Assembly (NCBI GenBank): GCA_963668695.2
Contig: CAXXLQ010000004.1
Span: 1,280,001 to 1,344,000 of the forward strand
Source: Vicinamibacteria bacterium
GTDB taxonomy: Bacteria; Acidobacteriota; Vicinamibacteria; Marinacidobacterales; Marinacidobacteraceae
Direction of reading: 5' to 3'
Length of the DNA stretch: 64,000 bases
The notes beneath the pieces are model-generated. The model was given only the letters and a program-made list of their open reading frames with translations, did no database searches and was not told where the DNA came from. Both the position numbers and the translations under genes were made by a program. Numbering within the stretch: position 1 is the stretch's first letter; the number at the start of each line of letters is the position of its first letter. Of the stretch, positions 1 to 11,811 are shown in pieces.

Positions 1-91
1 GGGCGAGCAGCGCCACGACGATGGGCGCGAATGCCAATACGAAGTGCCAGCGCTTCGGGTTCGGTCCGCCCGTGTGCGCCGGCCCGTTCAT
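1..91 (-). CDS. Possible N-terminus of a membrane/secreted protein running off the window
   Basis: ATG at 91 gives MNGPAHTGGPNPKRWHFVLAFAPIVVALLA..., a basic then hydrophobic signal-like stretch, open to the window edge. Confidence 0.3.
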   Translation of the reverse strand, partial: MNGPAHTGGPNPKRWHFVLAFAPIVVALLA

Positions 92-183
92 CGGGCAACT
101 CTAACTGTCCGGATGCCGGTATCTCCGGCATCCCCAACCCGGTGTTCTTGACCGACATGGTGGGTCGAAAAGGCCGGTCGCCG

Positions 184-1527
184 GTGTCCGAACCGCTGCG
201 CCGGGATCTTTTCGTCATTTACCAGGCCGCGCTGCGAGCCGCCGATCCGGAACGGATCCTGGAACGGGATCTCCAGGGAGATTTGGCTTCCGGCTGGTCC
301 TTCCGGGGAGAGCGTCTGCTGCCGCCGCCTCGCGTGGAGGGAGAACCGGTCTTCCTGTTTGGGGCCGGCAAGGCGGCGGCGGCTCTCGCCAGGGGGGTCC
401 AGCGCCGGCTCGTCGGGGAGACCGTAGGGGGAAGAGTCATCGTCAAGCACGGCCACCGGATCGAGGTTCCGGGCGTGCTCGTCGAGGAGGCGGGGCATCC
501 GGTTCCGGACACCAACTCGGTCGCGGCGACGGAGCGGTTGCTCGAGGATCTCGGAAGGATCGGCAAGGACAGCCGGGTCCTCGTGCTGCTGACCGGCGGA
601 GCCTCCGCGCTTCTCGTCGTTCCGGCCGCCGGCATCACCCTTGAAGACAAATCGCGGGTGAGTTCCCTGTTGCTCGCCTGCGGTGCCGATATCCACGAAA
701 TGAACACGGTCAGGAAGCACCTCTCGGCGGTCAAGGGCGGAGGATTGATGCCCCTGCTGCCACCCGGGCGAGCCGCGGCGCTCGTCATTTCGGATGTCAT
801 CGGCGACCAGTTGACTTCCATCGGTTCGGGGCCGGCGACGGCCGATCCCACGACCTTCCGGGATGCCGTGGAGGTGCTCGCGAAGTTTGATTTGACGGGC
901 CGCGTCCCAGGATCGGTCATCCACCGCCTTCGGGAGGGAGTTGCCGGAGCGATTCCCGAAACCCCGGACTCCCCCGACGACGCGGTTCCCCACCACATTG
1001 TCGCCAGCAACTTCCACTCCCTTCGTGCCGCCGTAGAGGAGGCGTCCCGCCTCGGCTACCTCGCGGAAATCTTCGGCCGCGATCTCTCCGGGGAAGTCCA
1101 CGCCACCGCTCACCGGTTCGCGCGCCGCCTGGCGGTCCTCGGCTCGGAACCCGTCCCGTGGGCGCTTCTCGCGGGAGGCGAGTTGACCCTGCGGGTAACG
1201 GGAGACGGCCGGGGGGGGCGGAGCCAGGAGTTCGCGCTGGTCGCCGCCGGAGATCTCGAAGGCGTTCCCGGAGTGGCGCTGCTCGCGGCGGGCACGGACG
1301 GCACCGACGGCCCCACGAATGCGGCCGGGGCTTTCGCTGACGGGAACTCCTGGAGCCGGGCTCGGGAGAGGGGGGTGGATCCGGTCGTCACGCTTCAAAC
1401 GAACGATTCCTGGTCACTGTTCCGGGAAACCGGCGACCTGTTGATCACGGGCCCGACCGGTACGAACGTCATGGACCTGATGGTGGGACTCAGTGCCGGA
1501 AGTACGGCTGATTCCCGGTTCCGCTGA
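184..1527 (+). CDS. Glycerate kinase type 2 (MOFRL/DUF4147, TtuD/GckA-like)
   Basis: Motifs GAGKAA, GHPVPD, TGGASAL, RKHLSAVKGG, SDVIGD, GGRSQE, GTDGTDG, TGPTGTNVMD; start uncertain (157 ATG or 184 GTG). Confidence 0.9.
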   Translation: MSEPLRRDLFVIYQAALRAADPERILERDLQGDLASGWSFRGERLLPPPRVEGEPVFLFGAGKAAAALARGVQRRLVGETVGGRVIVKHGHRIEVPGVLVEEAGHPVPDTNSVAATERLLEDLGRIGKDSRVLVLLTGGASALLVVPAAGITLEDKSRVSSLLLACGADIHEMNTVRKHLSAVKGGGLMPLLPPGRAAALVISDVIGDQLTSIGSGPATADPTTFRDAVEVLAKFDLTGRVPGSVIHRLREGVAGAIPETPDSPDDAVPHHIVASNFHSLRAAVEEASRLGYLAEIFGRDLSGEVHATAHRFARRLAVLGSEPVPWALLAGGELTLRVTGDGRGGRSQEFALVAAGDLEGVPGVALLAAGTDGTDGPTNAAGAFADGNSWSRARERGVDPVVTLQTNDSWSLFRETGDLLITGPTGTNVMDLMVGLSAGSTADSRFR

Positions 1528-1568
1528 GCGCCGCCGCTGTTTTGCCGATTCTGCCGGGGAATTGGGCT

Positions 1569-2273
1569 TCAGATGGACTTTTTCGCTGTCCGTTTTTTGC
1601 GGGTCGACCGGCCCGCCGGTCGGATAGCCGCCCGTTGCCAGTGGGGTGCCAGGGACGTCTTCAGCTCTCGGCGCATCAGGGCGATTCGCCGGGCGACGGA
1701 GGAGACGCTGAGCGGCACCTCCCGCAGCCGCGCGATCTGGGGGATGCTGTACCGGCTACGGAAATACAGCTCGAAGAGAAACCGGTTCAGGGCGCGTTGG
1801 CGATCGTCAACGGAAATCTGCCGGAGCATTCGTTCGACGCTTTCCGTGAACTCACGACTTTCCACCGCCGCTTCGGGATCGTCTCCGGCATACTCGAACG
1901 TGCTGTCCGCAAGGGCTGCTTCAAGCCGCCACAGCTCTTCGGGGGCGAAGGTTTCTTCCACCTTCCGGCGGAACGCGTCACGACGGAATTGGTCACGGAG
2001 GAGATTCTCCGCGATCCGGCGGATGTAGCCCGCAAAAGCCTCTTCGCGCTTCCCCTCGAACCGGCTGAGGACCCTGCGCCCGTCTGAGACGAGCCTTTCC
2101 ATTACGTCCTGGGAAAGGTCATCCAGGAGGGTGGTGTCCACTCGCCGGCGGCCCCCGAACTGCGATCGCAACGACGCCCGAATCAGGATTTGGCACCGGC
2201 GAAACAGAACCCCCCACAGGGGGTCATCCCGACGCGCTACCACCAGGCGGCGAAGCAGCTCCCAGGAATTCAT
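1569..2273 (-). CDS. ECF-type sigma-70 factor
   Basis: Region 2-like DDLSQDVMERL...FAGYIRRIAENLLRDQFRR; region 4-like LFELYFRSRYSIPQIARL...VSSVARRI; TACAAT upstream on the minus strand at 2298-2293. Confidence 0.7.
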   Translation of the reverse strand: MNSWELLRRLVVARRDDPLWGVLFRRCQILIRASLRSQFGGRRRVDTTLLDDLSQDVMERLVSDGRRVLSRFEGKREEAFAGYIRRIAENLLRDQFRRDAFRRKVEETFAPEELWRLEAALADSTFEYAGDDPEAAVESREFTESVERMLRQISVDDRQRALNRFLFELYFRSRYSIPQIARLREVPLSVSSVARRIALMRRELKTSLAPHWQRAAIRPAGRSTRKKRTAKKSI

Positions 2274-2381
2274 CGACGGCGCGGACGAGACATTGTATTC
2301 CCTTCGGCTCCCTGCAAGAGACCCGTTTTCGGGATCCTACGGAGAACTTAGGCGTCGGGTCGGGTCTGGGAGGCGGCTTCT

Positions 2382-2768
2382 TCACGCGCCTTGGCTCCGA
2401 GGAGCAGAGCCAAGGAGTGCGACAGTCGTGATGGCGGCGAGGGCGCCGTCCGAAGCGGCGAACACCAGGAATACGGGAGGAGAACCTCGGAGCACGAAGT
2501 CCAGCACGAAGAGCAGCGCCCCACCTCCCTTGAGCAGGGGACCCATGATCCAGATGTACCAGCGATTCGCTTCCAGATTCTTCAGGATCGCGAAATACCC
2601 AAGACCGATCCCCAGGGCGAAGAGGCCGTTCAGATTTGCGTGGATCGGGAAAAGCGGCGGCTCGGTGCCGAACAGTCGCCGGACTTCTTCGAGAGCGAAG
2701 AGCAGCGCGCCGCCCAGCAGAACATCGTAGATGCCGCTGACCACAACTACGGCGAAAAGCAGCCTCAT
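2382..2768 (-). CDS. Small four-helix membrane protein of unknown function
   Basis: Four hydrophobic segments after ATG 2768 (MRLLFAVVVV...). Confidence 0.65.
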   Translation of the reverse strand: MRLLFAVVVVSGIYDVLLGGALLFALEEVRRLFGTEPPLFPIHANLNGLFALGIGLGYFAILKNLEANRWYIWIMGPLLKGGGALLFVLDFVLRGSPPVFLVFAASDGALAAITTVALLGSAPRSQGA

Positions 2769-2926
2769 TCGCCCAGAGTAACCGCCGATCCGCCCCTCAC
2801 GGGGCCACTCGGGCGTTGTCATTCTCGAATTACAAGCCCTCGGGGCCCCGGCTATACTGCCCGACTACCCCGTGTGGAAAACCGCATGCGGTTACCCGCA
2901 ATCAGCGGGTTGCGCTCGGCTTCGCG

Positions 2927-3499
2927 ATGGTCCAGGCGCGCGGGGGTTCCGCATCAGTTCCCGTGCCGTCCCCTTTCCACTCCACGACCGTGCTGGCCGT
3001 CCGGCGCAGCGGACGGACGACCCTGGCCGCCGACGGGCAGGTCACTCTCGGGGACATCGTGGTCAAGCATGGAGCGCGCAAGCTGCGCCGTATGAGCGAA
3101 GGGTCGGTCCTGGCCGGTTTCGCTGGCGCCACCGCGGACGCTCAGGCGCTCTTCGCGAAGTTCGAGATGAAGCTGGAGGCGCATCGGGGCAATCTGGAGC
3201 GGGCCTCGGTGGAACTTGCTCAGGATTGGCGGACGGACCGGGTGCTCCGGCATTTGGATGCCCTGTTGCTCGTCGTCGACAAGGACCACATGTTCCTCCT
3301 TTCCGGCGACGGGGACCTCATGCAACCGGACGACGGCATCATGGCGATTGGGGCGGGTGCTCCCTTCGCTATGGCTGCGGCGCGGGCGCTGGCCTCGCGC
3401 ACCAGGCTCTCGGCGAGAGAAATCGCCGAGGAGGCGATGCGCGTCACCGACGGCATCTGCATCTACACGAACGGGCAAGTGATGTTCGAAGAGGTGTGA
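2927..3499 (+). CDS. hslV: ATP-dependent protease peptidase subunit HslV
   Basis: HSTTVLAV, ADGQVTLG, LAGFAGATADA, LAQDWRTDRVLRHL, ICIYTN; adjacent to hslU; start 2927 or 2963. Confidence 0.95.
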   Translation: MVQARGGSASVPVPSPFHSTTVLAVRRSGRTTLAADGQVTLGDIVVKHGARKLRRMSEGSVLAGFAGATADAQALFAKFEMKLEAHRGNLERASVELAQDWRTDRVLRHLDALLLVVDKDHMFLLSGDGDLMQPDDGIMAIGAGAPFAMAAARALASRTRLSAREIAEEAMRVTDGICIYTNGQVMFEEV

Positions 3500-3523
3500 C
3501 GTCTGGTCAACTATCTCCCTCCA

Positions 3524-4941
<1,418 letters not shown>

Positions 4942-4942
<1 letters not shown>

Positions 4943-5152
4943 CAGCCGGTGGTGGAACCCGCGTGAGCGCCGAGTCCGGCCAGTTCTCCCGGTGGGGGCG
5001 AGGCCCAGTTCTCCCGGGGTCCGGCTGACAAGGGTGTATTTCGACCGAAACGCAACGATGAGCGGCGCGCAGCGACGCGGTTCAGCCGGGATGCATCGCC
5101 GGGCGAACCCCCACCGGGAGAACTGGGCCGCGTGGGTTTCGCCGCAGGCTGC
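4942..5152. mobile_element. MITE-like repeat copy with three internal 18-bp motifs
   Basis: cTA|GCAGCCGGTGG...CCGCAGGCTGC|TAg; begins in the hslU stop codon. Confidence 0.85.
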
Positions 5153-5234
5153 TAGACCACCCAGCCGACCGATTGCCGGCCCTCAACGGTTGATGCGCGA
5201 GAACGGGCGGCCCGCGCCCGGGATCGGGCACGGG

Positions 5235-7082
5235 ATGTCCCCGATGAGTTGGATCGGGCCTGTCGGGTTCGCGGGTTGGGGCCGCGCCTCGATTGGCGCG
5301 CTCGCCCTCCTTCTGGGGCTCGGTACGGCGGGATGCGGTCGCCGGGGACCTCCGCTCCCGCCGCTACGGGTGGAGCCGGAGACGCCTCGGCTCCTTCCCC
5401 TGCGGGAGGAGGGAGGACAGATCCTGATTCGTTGGTACGCGCCGCGTCTCAGCTCCGGTGGGGACGTGGAGGAGCTACGGCTGCGCAGAGCGATCGTGTC
5501 CTACCGCGTTGTACACATCCATCGTTTGGCCGCCGAGGAACGCGCCACCCAACGTGCGGGCGAGGAAGACACCGAGGAAGAAGGAAGCGGGGAGGTGCCT
5601 CCCGAGGACGAGGCGGTCCCCGAGCCGCCTGAGTCGGAAAGTACCGAGACACAAACGGGCGAGGAAGCTACGTCCGATTCCGAGGTCCCGGAGACCGTCG
5701 AGCTGGCCCCCGAGGGGGAGCCACCCGCTCCCGCCGCGGAAACTGCGCTGACCACCGAACCGGAGGGGGAGGCGGGCGAGACGTTGCCGGACGAGGCGTT
5801 GCCGGCTGCCGAAGGGCAGGAGGAGCCTGCCGCCGGTGAGCTGCCTGCCGAAGAATCGGACCCGGGACCGGGGCCGGGGGAGGCGCCGGAAGAGCCGGGG
5901 GCCACGGAACCCGAAGCGGGAGAGCCTGACAGCGAAGGCCTTGCCCAACCTCCGGAGCCGGAGGACCACCCGGAACCCGAAGAGGGAGAGCCTGACAGCG
6001 AGGACCCTGCCGAACCCCCGGAGCCGGAGGACGACCCGGAGCCCGCGGGGGTGCTTCTCGACTATGACGATCTCGAGTTCGAGGTTCTGTCCGAAGTGGA
6101 CTCGGAAGTCCTCGGGGAAGAGCGGGTCCTGGAACTTCCGGTCGATCCGGAATGGATTGGCCGGCGGTTGGAGATCAGCGTCCGGTACGAGGCCCGCGGT
6201 GGTTCCAGCGAGGAGAGCGAACCGCAATCCCTCGACGTGACCGGACCGCTTCCGCCGGTACGCGAGGTCAGCGTTGAAGTCGGTCCCCAGGCGCTGACTG
6301 TCCGCTGGTTGGATCCACGGGCCGGCTTGGAGTCGGCTTCGACCCTGACCGACCCGATTTTCGAGGTCTTCCGGCGACGGGATGGCCCGGCCGAACGCCT
6401 CGGAAGGTCTTTCGGGCCGACTCTCGCTGATTCCGACGAAGTGATCTGGGGGCAAGCGGTCTGCTACAGCGCGCGGCTCGTCATGGCGGGGGGTGATGAC
6501 GAACGGATGCTCCCCGATCCCGGTCCGGATTCGGTGTCGGGCGATCTCGAGGCGAACGTCGGCACGGAGGCGCCCGGTTTCCAGGACCCCGAAGTCGAAG
6601 GCGTTGCCCCGACCGACCCGTCTCAGGAATCCGCGAGCCCGAACGAGGATCCGGTGTCTTCGGCCCCGGACGCGCTGGAGGCGGCAGGGGCGCCCTGGAG
6701 CCCGATCCCGATCCGGGTCTCCGGGACCGGATCATCGGCGCTCAGCGTCGGGCCCCTGTCAACCGAAGCCTGCGTCACTCCGGTCGATGTCTTTCCACCG
6801 CTGCCTCCGTCGGATCTGCGCCTGTTCTGGCGAGCCGAGCAAACCGAGCTCAGTTGGAGCGAGTCGGTCTCGCAGGACGTTGTCGGATACCACGTCTACC
6901 GCTCCGGCCCGGACGGCTCCGGTTTCGAGCGTTTGACGGAATCGCCCATCGACCAGACCACGTTCGGTGACGGAGCCCGGGATCCGCGGGGGGCCTTTCG
7001 CTACGCCGTGACGGCCATCGACGGCGCCGATCCGCCCAACGAGAGCCTGCCGTCCGAGAGCCGCAGAGCCAATCCGAGATAG
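5235..7082 (+). CDS. Lipoprotein with C-terminal fibronectin type III-like domain and long acidic Glu/Pro linker
   Basis: Lipobox GTAG-C followed by GRRGPPLPP; C-terminal LSWSES...GYHVYRS...YAVTAID...NESLPS; the ORF-track extension to 4833 runs through the repeat. Confidence 0.75.
   Translation: MSPMSWIGPVGFAGWGRASIGALALLLGLGTAGCGRRGPPLPPLRVEPETPRLLPLREEGGQILIRWYAPRLSSGGDVEELRLRRAIVSYRVVHIHRLAAEERATQRAGEEDTEEEGSGEVPPEDEAVPEPPESESTETQTGEEATSDSEVPETVELAPEGEPPAPAAETALTTEPEGEAGETLPDEALPAAEGQEEPAAGELPAEESDPGPGPGEAPEEPGATEPEAGEPDSEGLAQPPEPEDHPEPEEGEPDSEDPAEPPEPEDDPEPAGVLLDYDDLEFEVLSEVDSEVLGEERVLELPVDPEWIGRRLEISVRYEARGGSSEESEPQSLDVTGPLPPVREVSVEVGPQALTVRWLDPRAGLESASTLTDPIFEVFRRRDGPAERLGRSFGPTLADSDEVIWGQAVCYSARLVMAGGDDERMLPDPGPDSVSGDLEANVGTEAPGFQDPEVEGVAPTDPSQESASPNEDPVSSAPDALEAAGAPWSPIPIRVSGTGSSALSVGPLSTEACVTPVDVFPPLPPSDLRLFWRAEQTELSWSESVSQDVVGYHVYRSGPDGSGFERLTESPIDQTTFGDGARDPRGAFRYAVTAIDGADPPNESLPSESRRANPR
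5905..6044 (+). repeat. 66-bp in-frame tandem duplication (about 2 copies) in the acidic linker
   Basis: cggaacccgaag...gagcctgacagcga... at 5905 and 5971. Confidence 0.8.
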
Positions 7083-7185
7083 AGGATCGACGGGGGTTCT
7101 GATCGGTCCGGCAGACGGTAGAATCGCATCGGGCGTAGGGTTCAGATTCCGGGCCGGATTCCGGGCCGGTGGGTGCCGGGCGCGA

Positions 7186-7836
7186 ATGCAGATATTTCTC
7201 GACACTGCCAGCCTCGACGAGATCTCGCGCGCCGCCGAGATGGGGCTCGTGGACGGCGTCACCACGAACCCTTCGCTCATGGCGAAGGAAACGGGAAACC
7301 CGCGGGAAATCCTGGCTCGGATTGCCGAGTTGGTTCCGGGCGATGTTTCGGCGGAGGTGCTCTCGACGGGCACCGCCGGCATGGTGGCCGAGGGCCGGGA
7401 ACTCGCCACCATCGCCCCGAACATCATTGTCAAGTGTCCGCTGACACCCGATGGCCTGCGCGCGGTCCGGGAGTTGAAGGAGGAAGGGATTCGCGTCAAC
7501 GTAACCCTCTGCTTCAGCGTTCCACAGGCGCTTTTTGCCGCCAAGGCTGGCGCCTACATCGTGAGTCCTTTCGTGGGTCGGCTCGACGATATTGCCTCTC
7601 CCGGAATGCAGTTGATTGCGGACATTCGGGAGGTCTACGACAACTACGGCTTTTCCACCCAGATTCTGGTGGCCAGCATCCGGAATCCCCTGCACGTCGT
7701 GGAAGCGGCGCGGCTGGGAGCCGATATCGCCACGATGCCCGCGAAGGTGCTGGATCTGCTGATCAGACATCCGCTGACGGACATCGGTCTCGAGCGCTTC
7801 CTGAAGGACTGGGCCGCCGTAACAGTCCGTGAATAG
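7186..7836 (+). CDS. tal: Transaldolase / fructose-6-phosphate aldolase family (short type)
   Basis: FLDTA, GVTTNPSL, VKCP Schiff-base Lys, NVTLCFS, SPFVGRLDD, ASIR, HPLTDIGL. Confidence 0.92.
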   Translation: MQIFLDTASLDEISRAAEMGLVDGVTTNPSLMAKETGNPREILARIAELVPGDVSAEVLSTGTAGMVAEGRELATIAPNIIVKCPLTPDGLRAVRELKEEGIRVNVTLCFSVPQALFAAKAGAYIVSPFVGRLDDIASPGMQLIADIREVYDNYGFSTQILVASIRNPLHVVEAARLGADIATMPAKVLDLLIRHPLTDIGLERFLKDWAAVTVRE

Positions 7837-8003
7837 AGTGACGCGGCGTTCGACCGGCGATGCATCCCGGCTGAACCGCGTCGCTTCGCGTCGCTCATCG
7901 TTGCGCTTCGGTCGGAATACAACCAGGTATTCCTCCCTCGCGCGCCTTGTCAGCCGGGCGCCTCGCCGGTCTCGGCGCTCACGCCACTCCATCCACGGAC
8001 TGC
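7822..8003. mobile_element. MITE-like repeat copy (CAGTCCGTG-end subfamily) overlapping the tal 3' end
   Basis: acagtccgtgaatagagtg...cactccatccacggactgc inverted ends; body matches the other copies; supplies the last codons and TAG of tal. Confidence 0.8.
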
Positions 8004-8029
8004 GGGTCACCTGACGGGGGCTGGACCCT

Positions 8030-9595
8030 GTGTCGGCGAAATCCGGGAAGCGTCGGGAAGCCTTCGCCGAACTTGAAGCGCGGAACCGCGCTGCGGAAGC
8101 GGGGGGAGGCGAGGCGAGGCTCGAACGCCAGCGACGTTCGGGAAAACTGACGGCGCGAGAGCGGATCGCGACGCTTGCCGACGCCGGGTCCTTCGAGGAG
8201 ACCGGGAAACTGGTCGAACATCGTTCGCGCGACTTTGGCCTCGACCGCCGGCGCTATCCCGGGGACGGAGTGGTGACGGGATACGCGCGGATTGACGGAC
8301 GATTGGTCTACCTGTTCGCCCAGGATTTCACGGTTCTCGGCGGCTCGCTGAGTGAGGCGTACGCCGAAAAAATCTGCCGGACCATGGACTTGGCGGTCCG
8401 GCAGGGGGCTCCGATCATCGGACTGAACGATTCGGGCGGGGCCCGCATTCAGGAAGGGGTGGTTTCGCTCGCTGGGTATGCGGATATTTTCCTGAGAAAC
8501 ACGCTGGCTTCGGGGGTGGTCCCCCAGATTTCGGCCATCCTCGGGCCGTGTGCAGGCGGTGCCGTCTATTCCCCGGCAATCACCGATTTCACGATCATGT
8601 CCCGCGGCACCAGCTTCATGTTCGTGACCGGGCCCGACGTGATCCGCGCGGTCACCCACGAGGAAGTGACCATGGAGGACCTCGGCGGCGCGGAAACCCA
8701 CAACACCGTGTCAGGGAACGCCCACTTCCTCGGCGAAAACGACGAGGACTGCCTCGGTCTGATCCGAAAACTCCTGTCGTTTCTGCCTTCGAACAACCTC
8801 GAACAACCCCCGCGGAGTCCGTCGGCAGACCCGCCCGACCGGGAAATCCCGTCGCTCGACAGTCTGGTGCCCGAGCAGTCCGATCAGCCCTACGACGTCA
8901 AGGACCTCATCGGCGAGATAGTGGACGACGGTGATTTTCTGGAAGTCCAGGCGTTGCACGCCGGGAACCTGGTGATCGGTTTCGCCCGGCTCGCCGGAGC
9001 CCCGTTGGGCATCGTCGCGAACCAGCCGGCCGTGTTGGCCGGCGTCTTGGACATTCATGCCTCGGTGAAGGGCGCGCGGTTCGTGCGGTTCTGCGACGCC
9101 TTCAACATTCCGCTCGTCGTGCTCGAGGACGTTCCGGGTTTCTTGCCGGGAACCCAGCAGGAATGGGGAGGGATCATCCGCCACGGGGCGAAGCTGCTCT
9201 ACGCGTTCGCCGAAGCCACCGTGCCCAAGGTCACGGTGATCACCCGCAAGGCGTACGGGGGCGCGTACTGCGTGATGGCCAGCAAACACATCCGCACCGA
9301 CCTCAACTACGCGTGGCCGGCCGCGGAAATCGCGGTAATGGGGCCGGAAGGCGCCGTGAACGTCCTGTATCGCCGGGAACTCGAGCAGGCCGAGGATTCT
9401 GAACAGGAGCGCGCCGATCGCGTGGCCGCCTACCGGGAGCGCTTCGCGAATCCCTACGTGGCGGCGGAGCGAGGTTACGTGGACGAGGTGATCCTTCCGC
9501 GCAGCACGCGCCGGAAGCTGGCTTCCGCACTCTCTTCCCTTTCCACCAAGCGGGACCGGAATCCTCCGAAAAAGCACGGCAACATCCCGCTCTAG
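8030..9595 (+). CDS. pccB: Acyl-CoA (propionyl-CoA) carboxylase carboxyltransferase subunit
   Basis: [56 protein letters not shown]. Confidence 0.93.
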   Translation: MSAKSGKRREAFAELEARNRAAEAGGGEARLERQRRSGKLTARERIATLADAGSFEETGKLVEHRSRDFGLDRRRYPGDGVVTGYARIDGRLVYLFAQDFTVLGGSLSEAYAEKICRTMDLAVRQGAPIIGLNDSGGARIQEGVVSLAGYADIFLRNTLASGVVPQISAILGPCAGGAVYSPAITDFTIMSRGTSFMFVTGPDVIRAVTHEEVTMEDLGGAETHNTVSGNAHFLGENDEDCLGLIRKLLSFLPSNNLEQPPRSPSADPPDREIPSLDSLVPEQSDQPYDVKDLIGEIVDDGDFLEVQALHAGNLVIGFARLAGAPLGIVANQPAVLAGVLDIHASVKGARFVRFCDAFNIPLVVLEDVPGFLPGTQQEWGGIIRHGAKLLYAFAEATVPKVTVITRKAYGGAYCVMASKHIRTDLNYAWPAAEIAVMGPEGAVNVLYRRELEQAEDSEQERADRVAAYRERFANPYVAAERGYVDEVILPRSTRRKLASALSSLSTKRDRNPPKKHGNIPL

Positions 9596-9673
9596 CGGCC
9601 TGTGGGTACAGTGGTGTGAGCGCCAAGTCTCCCGCGGGAGGACCGGGCCGCCAGGACACTGTCCACAGACTGC
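9595..9673. mobile_element. Internally deleted MITE copy
   Basis: TA|gcggcctgtgggtacagtg...cactgtccacagactgc inverted ends with a gtgagcgcc core, starting in the pccB stop codon. Confidence 0.55.
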
Positions 9674-9769
9674 CGGGGTGATGGCCGAAAACGTGTACGG
9701 GATGCGTTCCCTGCTGCCCCGGGAGACGTTGCGGCTCGGGGGAAATCCTGGCAGGTGGCCGACCACCTG

Positions 9770-11284
9770 ATGTTCCGCCGCGTCCTCATCGCCAACCGGG
9801 GCGAGATTGCGGTCCGGATCATCCGGGCCTGCCGCGACCTGGGCATTTCTCCCGTGACCGTCCACTCCGAGGCGGACCGGGACAGCCTGCATGTGCGCCT
9901 GGCTGACGAATCCTTCGAAGTGGGAGGAGCGGCCTCGCGCGACAGCTACCTGAACGGCGAGCGAGTGATCGAGGCCGCACATTCCATGGGGGCAGAGGCC
10001 CTGCATCCGGGGTATGGGTTCCTGGCGGAGAACGGGGAGTTCGCGGCTCGCTGCGCCGAGCGCGGCGTCGTTTTCGTGGGACCGCCTCCCGACGCGATGC
10101 GCCGGATGGGAGACAAGGCTGCCGCTCGCGAGGCGGCCATTCAGGCCGGGGTGCCGGTCGTGGCCGGCTCGGACATCGTCTCGGAGGCGGAAGCCGCGCG
10201 GGCTGCCGCCAGGATCGGATTCCCGCTCCTGATCAAGGCGGCCGCCGGTGGCGGCGGCATGGGGATGCGGCTCGTGCGAGAGCCGGCCAACCTCCACGAC
10301 GCTTTCGGGGAGGCGCGATCCGAGGCCGACGCCGCCTTCGGAGACTCGCGGGTGTTTCTCGAGCGCTTCGTGGAAAACGCCCGCCACGTGGAAATCCAGG
10401 TGTTCGGCGACAACTTCGGCTCCGTCGTCCATCTGGGGGAGCGGGATTGTTCGATCCAACGCCGCAACCAGAAACTCCTCGAGGAGAGTCCGTCGCCCGC
10501 GACTTCGCCGGAACTGCGCGCGGCGATGGGAGAGGCGGCCGTGCGTCTGGCGCGCGATGCCGGTTACCGGAACGCGGGGACGGTCGAGTTCCTTCTCGAT
10601 CCGGATGGGCGCTTCTACTTCCTCGAAATGAATGCGCGGCTCCAGGTCGAGCATCCGGTCACCGAACTCGTATCGGGTATGGATCTGGTGGTGCTCCAGT
10701 TGCGGGTAGCCGCCGGAGAACCGCTCGGTTTCGCGCAGGAGGACGTTGCGATTGCCGGGGCCGCCATCGAGCTCCGAATCACCGCGGAGGATCCATTCGC
10801 CGGGTTCGTGCCCGCCACCGGCCGTATCCGCGAGTTCCGCGCCCCGGCGGGTCCTGGGGTAAGGTGCGATGCCGGGATTGCCTCGGGAAGCGTCGTGTCA
10901 CCCCACTACGATCCCCTACTCGCCAAGATCATCGTTTTCGGACCCGATCGGGAGACGGCGCGGCGACGGGCGCTGCGGGCGGTGAGGGAAACGAGACTCG
11001 TTGGAGTAGCGTCGACCCTTCCGTTTTTCGAAAGGGTCCTCGCCGGCGACCCGTTCCGTAGCGGGAACTTCGATACCTCATTCGTCACCGCCCACTGGCC
11101 AGCTCCCGGCTTGGGTGGAGACGGAGACGATTCGAGAGCCCGGGCGGCACTCGCTCCCCTGGCTCTCGCAGCGGCAGCGGCGGAACTCTGGCGGCGCGAA
11201 AGCTCCGCCTCGCAGAACTCTTCCGCCTCGTCCTCCGAGTGGCGATTCGCAGGTGTCTCCGAGGCGCATCGGGACCGGATGTGA
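9770..11284 (+). CDS. accC: Biotin carboxylase subunit
   Basis: VLIANRGEIAVR, HPGYGFLAEN, GGGGMGMR, ERDCSIQRRNQK, EMNARLQVEHPVTE. Confidence 0.93.
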   Translation: MFRRVLIANRGEIAVRIIRACRDLGISPVTVHSEADRDSLHVRLADESFEVGGAASRDSYLNGERVIEAAHSMGAEALHPGYGFLAENGEFAARCAERGVVFVGPPPDAMRRMGDKAAAREAAIQAGVPVVAGSDIVSEAEAARAAARIGFPLLIKAAAGGGGMGMRLVREPANLHDAFGEARSEADAAFGDSRVFLERFVENARHVEIQVFGDNFGSVVHLGERDCSIQRRNQKLLEESPSPATSPELRAAMGEAAVRLARDAGYRNAGTVEFLLDPDGRFYFLEMNARLQVEHPVTELVSGMDLVVLQLRVAAGEPLGFAQEDVAIAGAAIELRITAEDPFAGFVPATGRIREFRAPAGPGVRCDAGIASGSVVSPHYDPLLAKIIVFGPDRETARRRALRAVRETRLVGVASTLPFFERVLAGDPFRSGNFDTSFVTAHWPAPGLGGDGDDSRARAALAPLALAAAAAELWRRESSASQNSSASSSEWRFAGVSEAHRDRM

Positions 11285-11811
11285 TGCGGCGGGTACTCAC
11301 TCTCGACGGACACGACCTTTGGGTCGAGGTACACGTGGAGCCCGGCGACCCCACCCTGAAACTAAGGATCGAGGGCGCCGACGAGGAGTTGGTCGCGCGC
11401 GCGGCCCCCGGCGGGTGGAACGTGACCCACGGACGCCAAACCGCCGAAGCCGGTGTCTCCAGCGGGCGATCCGGAGATCTGGTGGTTCAGATCGCGGGAC
11501 ACACGTATCGCTTCCGGACCGGCCAGGAGGCCACTGGCGCGTCCGGCAGGCGGCAGTCCGGCGCCCGGGGGGCGGCGGGCGGCCGATGCGAAGTGCGAAC
11601 CCCCATGCCAGGCAAGGTGGTACGCCATGTGCGGGAAGAAGGAGACCGGGTCGCCGCGGGCGATGGTGTGCTGGTTTTTGAAGCGATGAAGATGCAGAAC
11701 GAGATCCGGGCCCCGGAGGGCGGAGTCATCGCTAACATGAGGGCTATCGTGGGAACTCCAATGGAGAGCGGCGAACTCCTGTTCGTCGTGGAGCCCGCGA
11801 GATCCGCGTGA
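11284..11811 (+). CDS. Biotin carboxyl carrier (biotinyl-domain) protein
   Basis: PMPGKVV...EAMKMQNEI biotinylation motif; ATG overlaps the accC stop. Confidence 0.88.
   Translation: MRRVLTLDGHDLWVEVHVEPGDPTLKLRIEGADEELVARAAPGGWNVTHGRQTAEAGVSSGRSGDLVVQIAGHTYRFRTGQEATGASGRRQSGARGAAGGRCEVRTPMPGKVVRHVREEGDRVAAGDGVLVFEAMKMQNEIRAPEGGVIANMRAIVGTPMESGELLFVVEPARSA

Noticed and set aside
7140-7172. 12-bp tandem attccgggccgg upstream of tal as an operator
   Set aside because: Short GC-rich duplication with no supporting regulator or further evidence
8711-10654. Long antisense ORFs (also 21652-24129, 48948-51242, 61680-63674, 19962-21530)
   Set aside because: Shadows of well-supported genes in high-GC DNA, with no recognisable motifs
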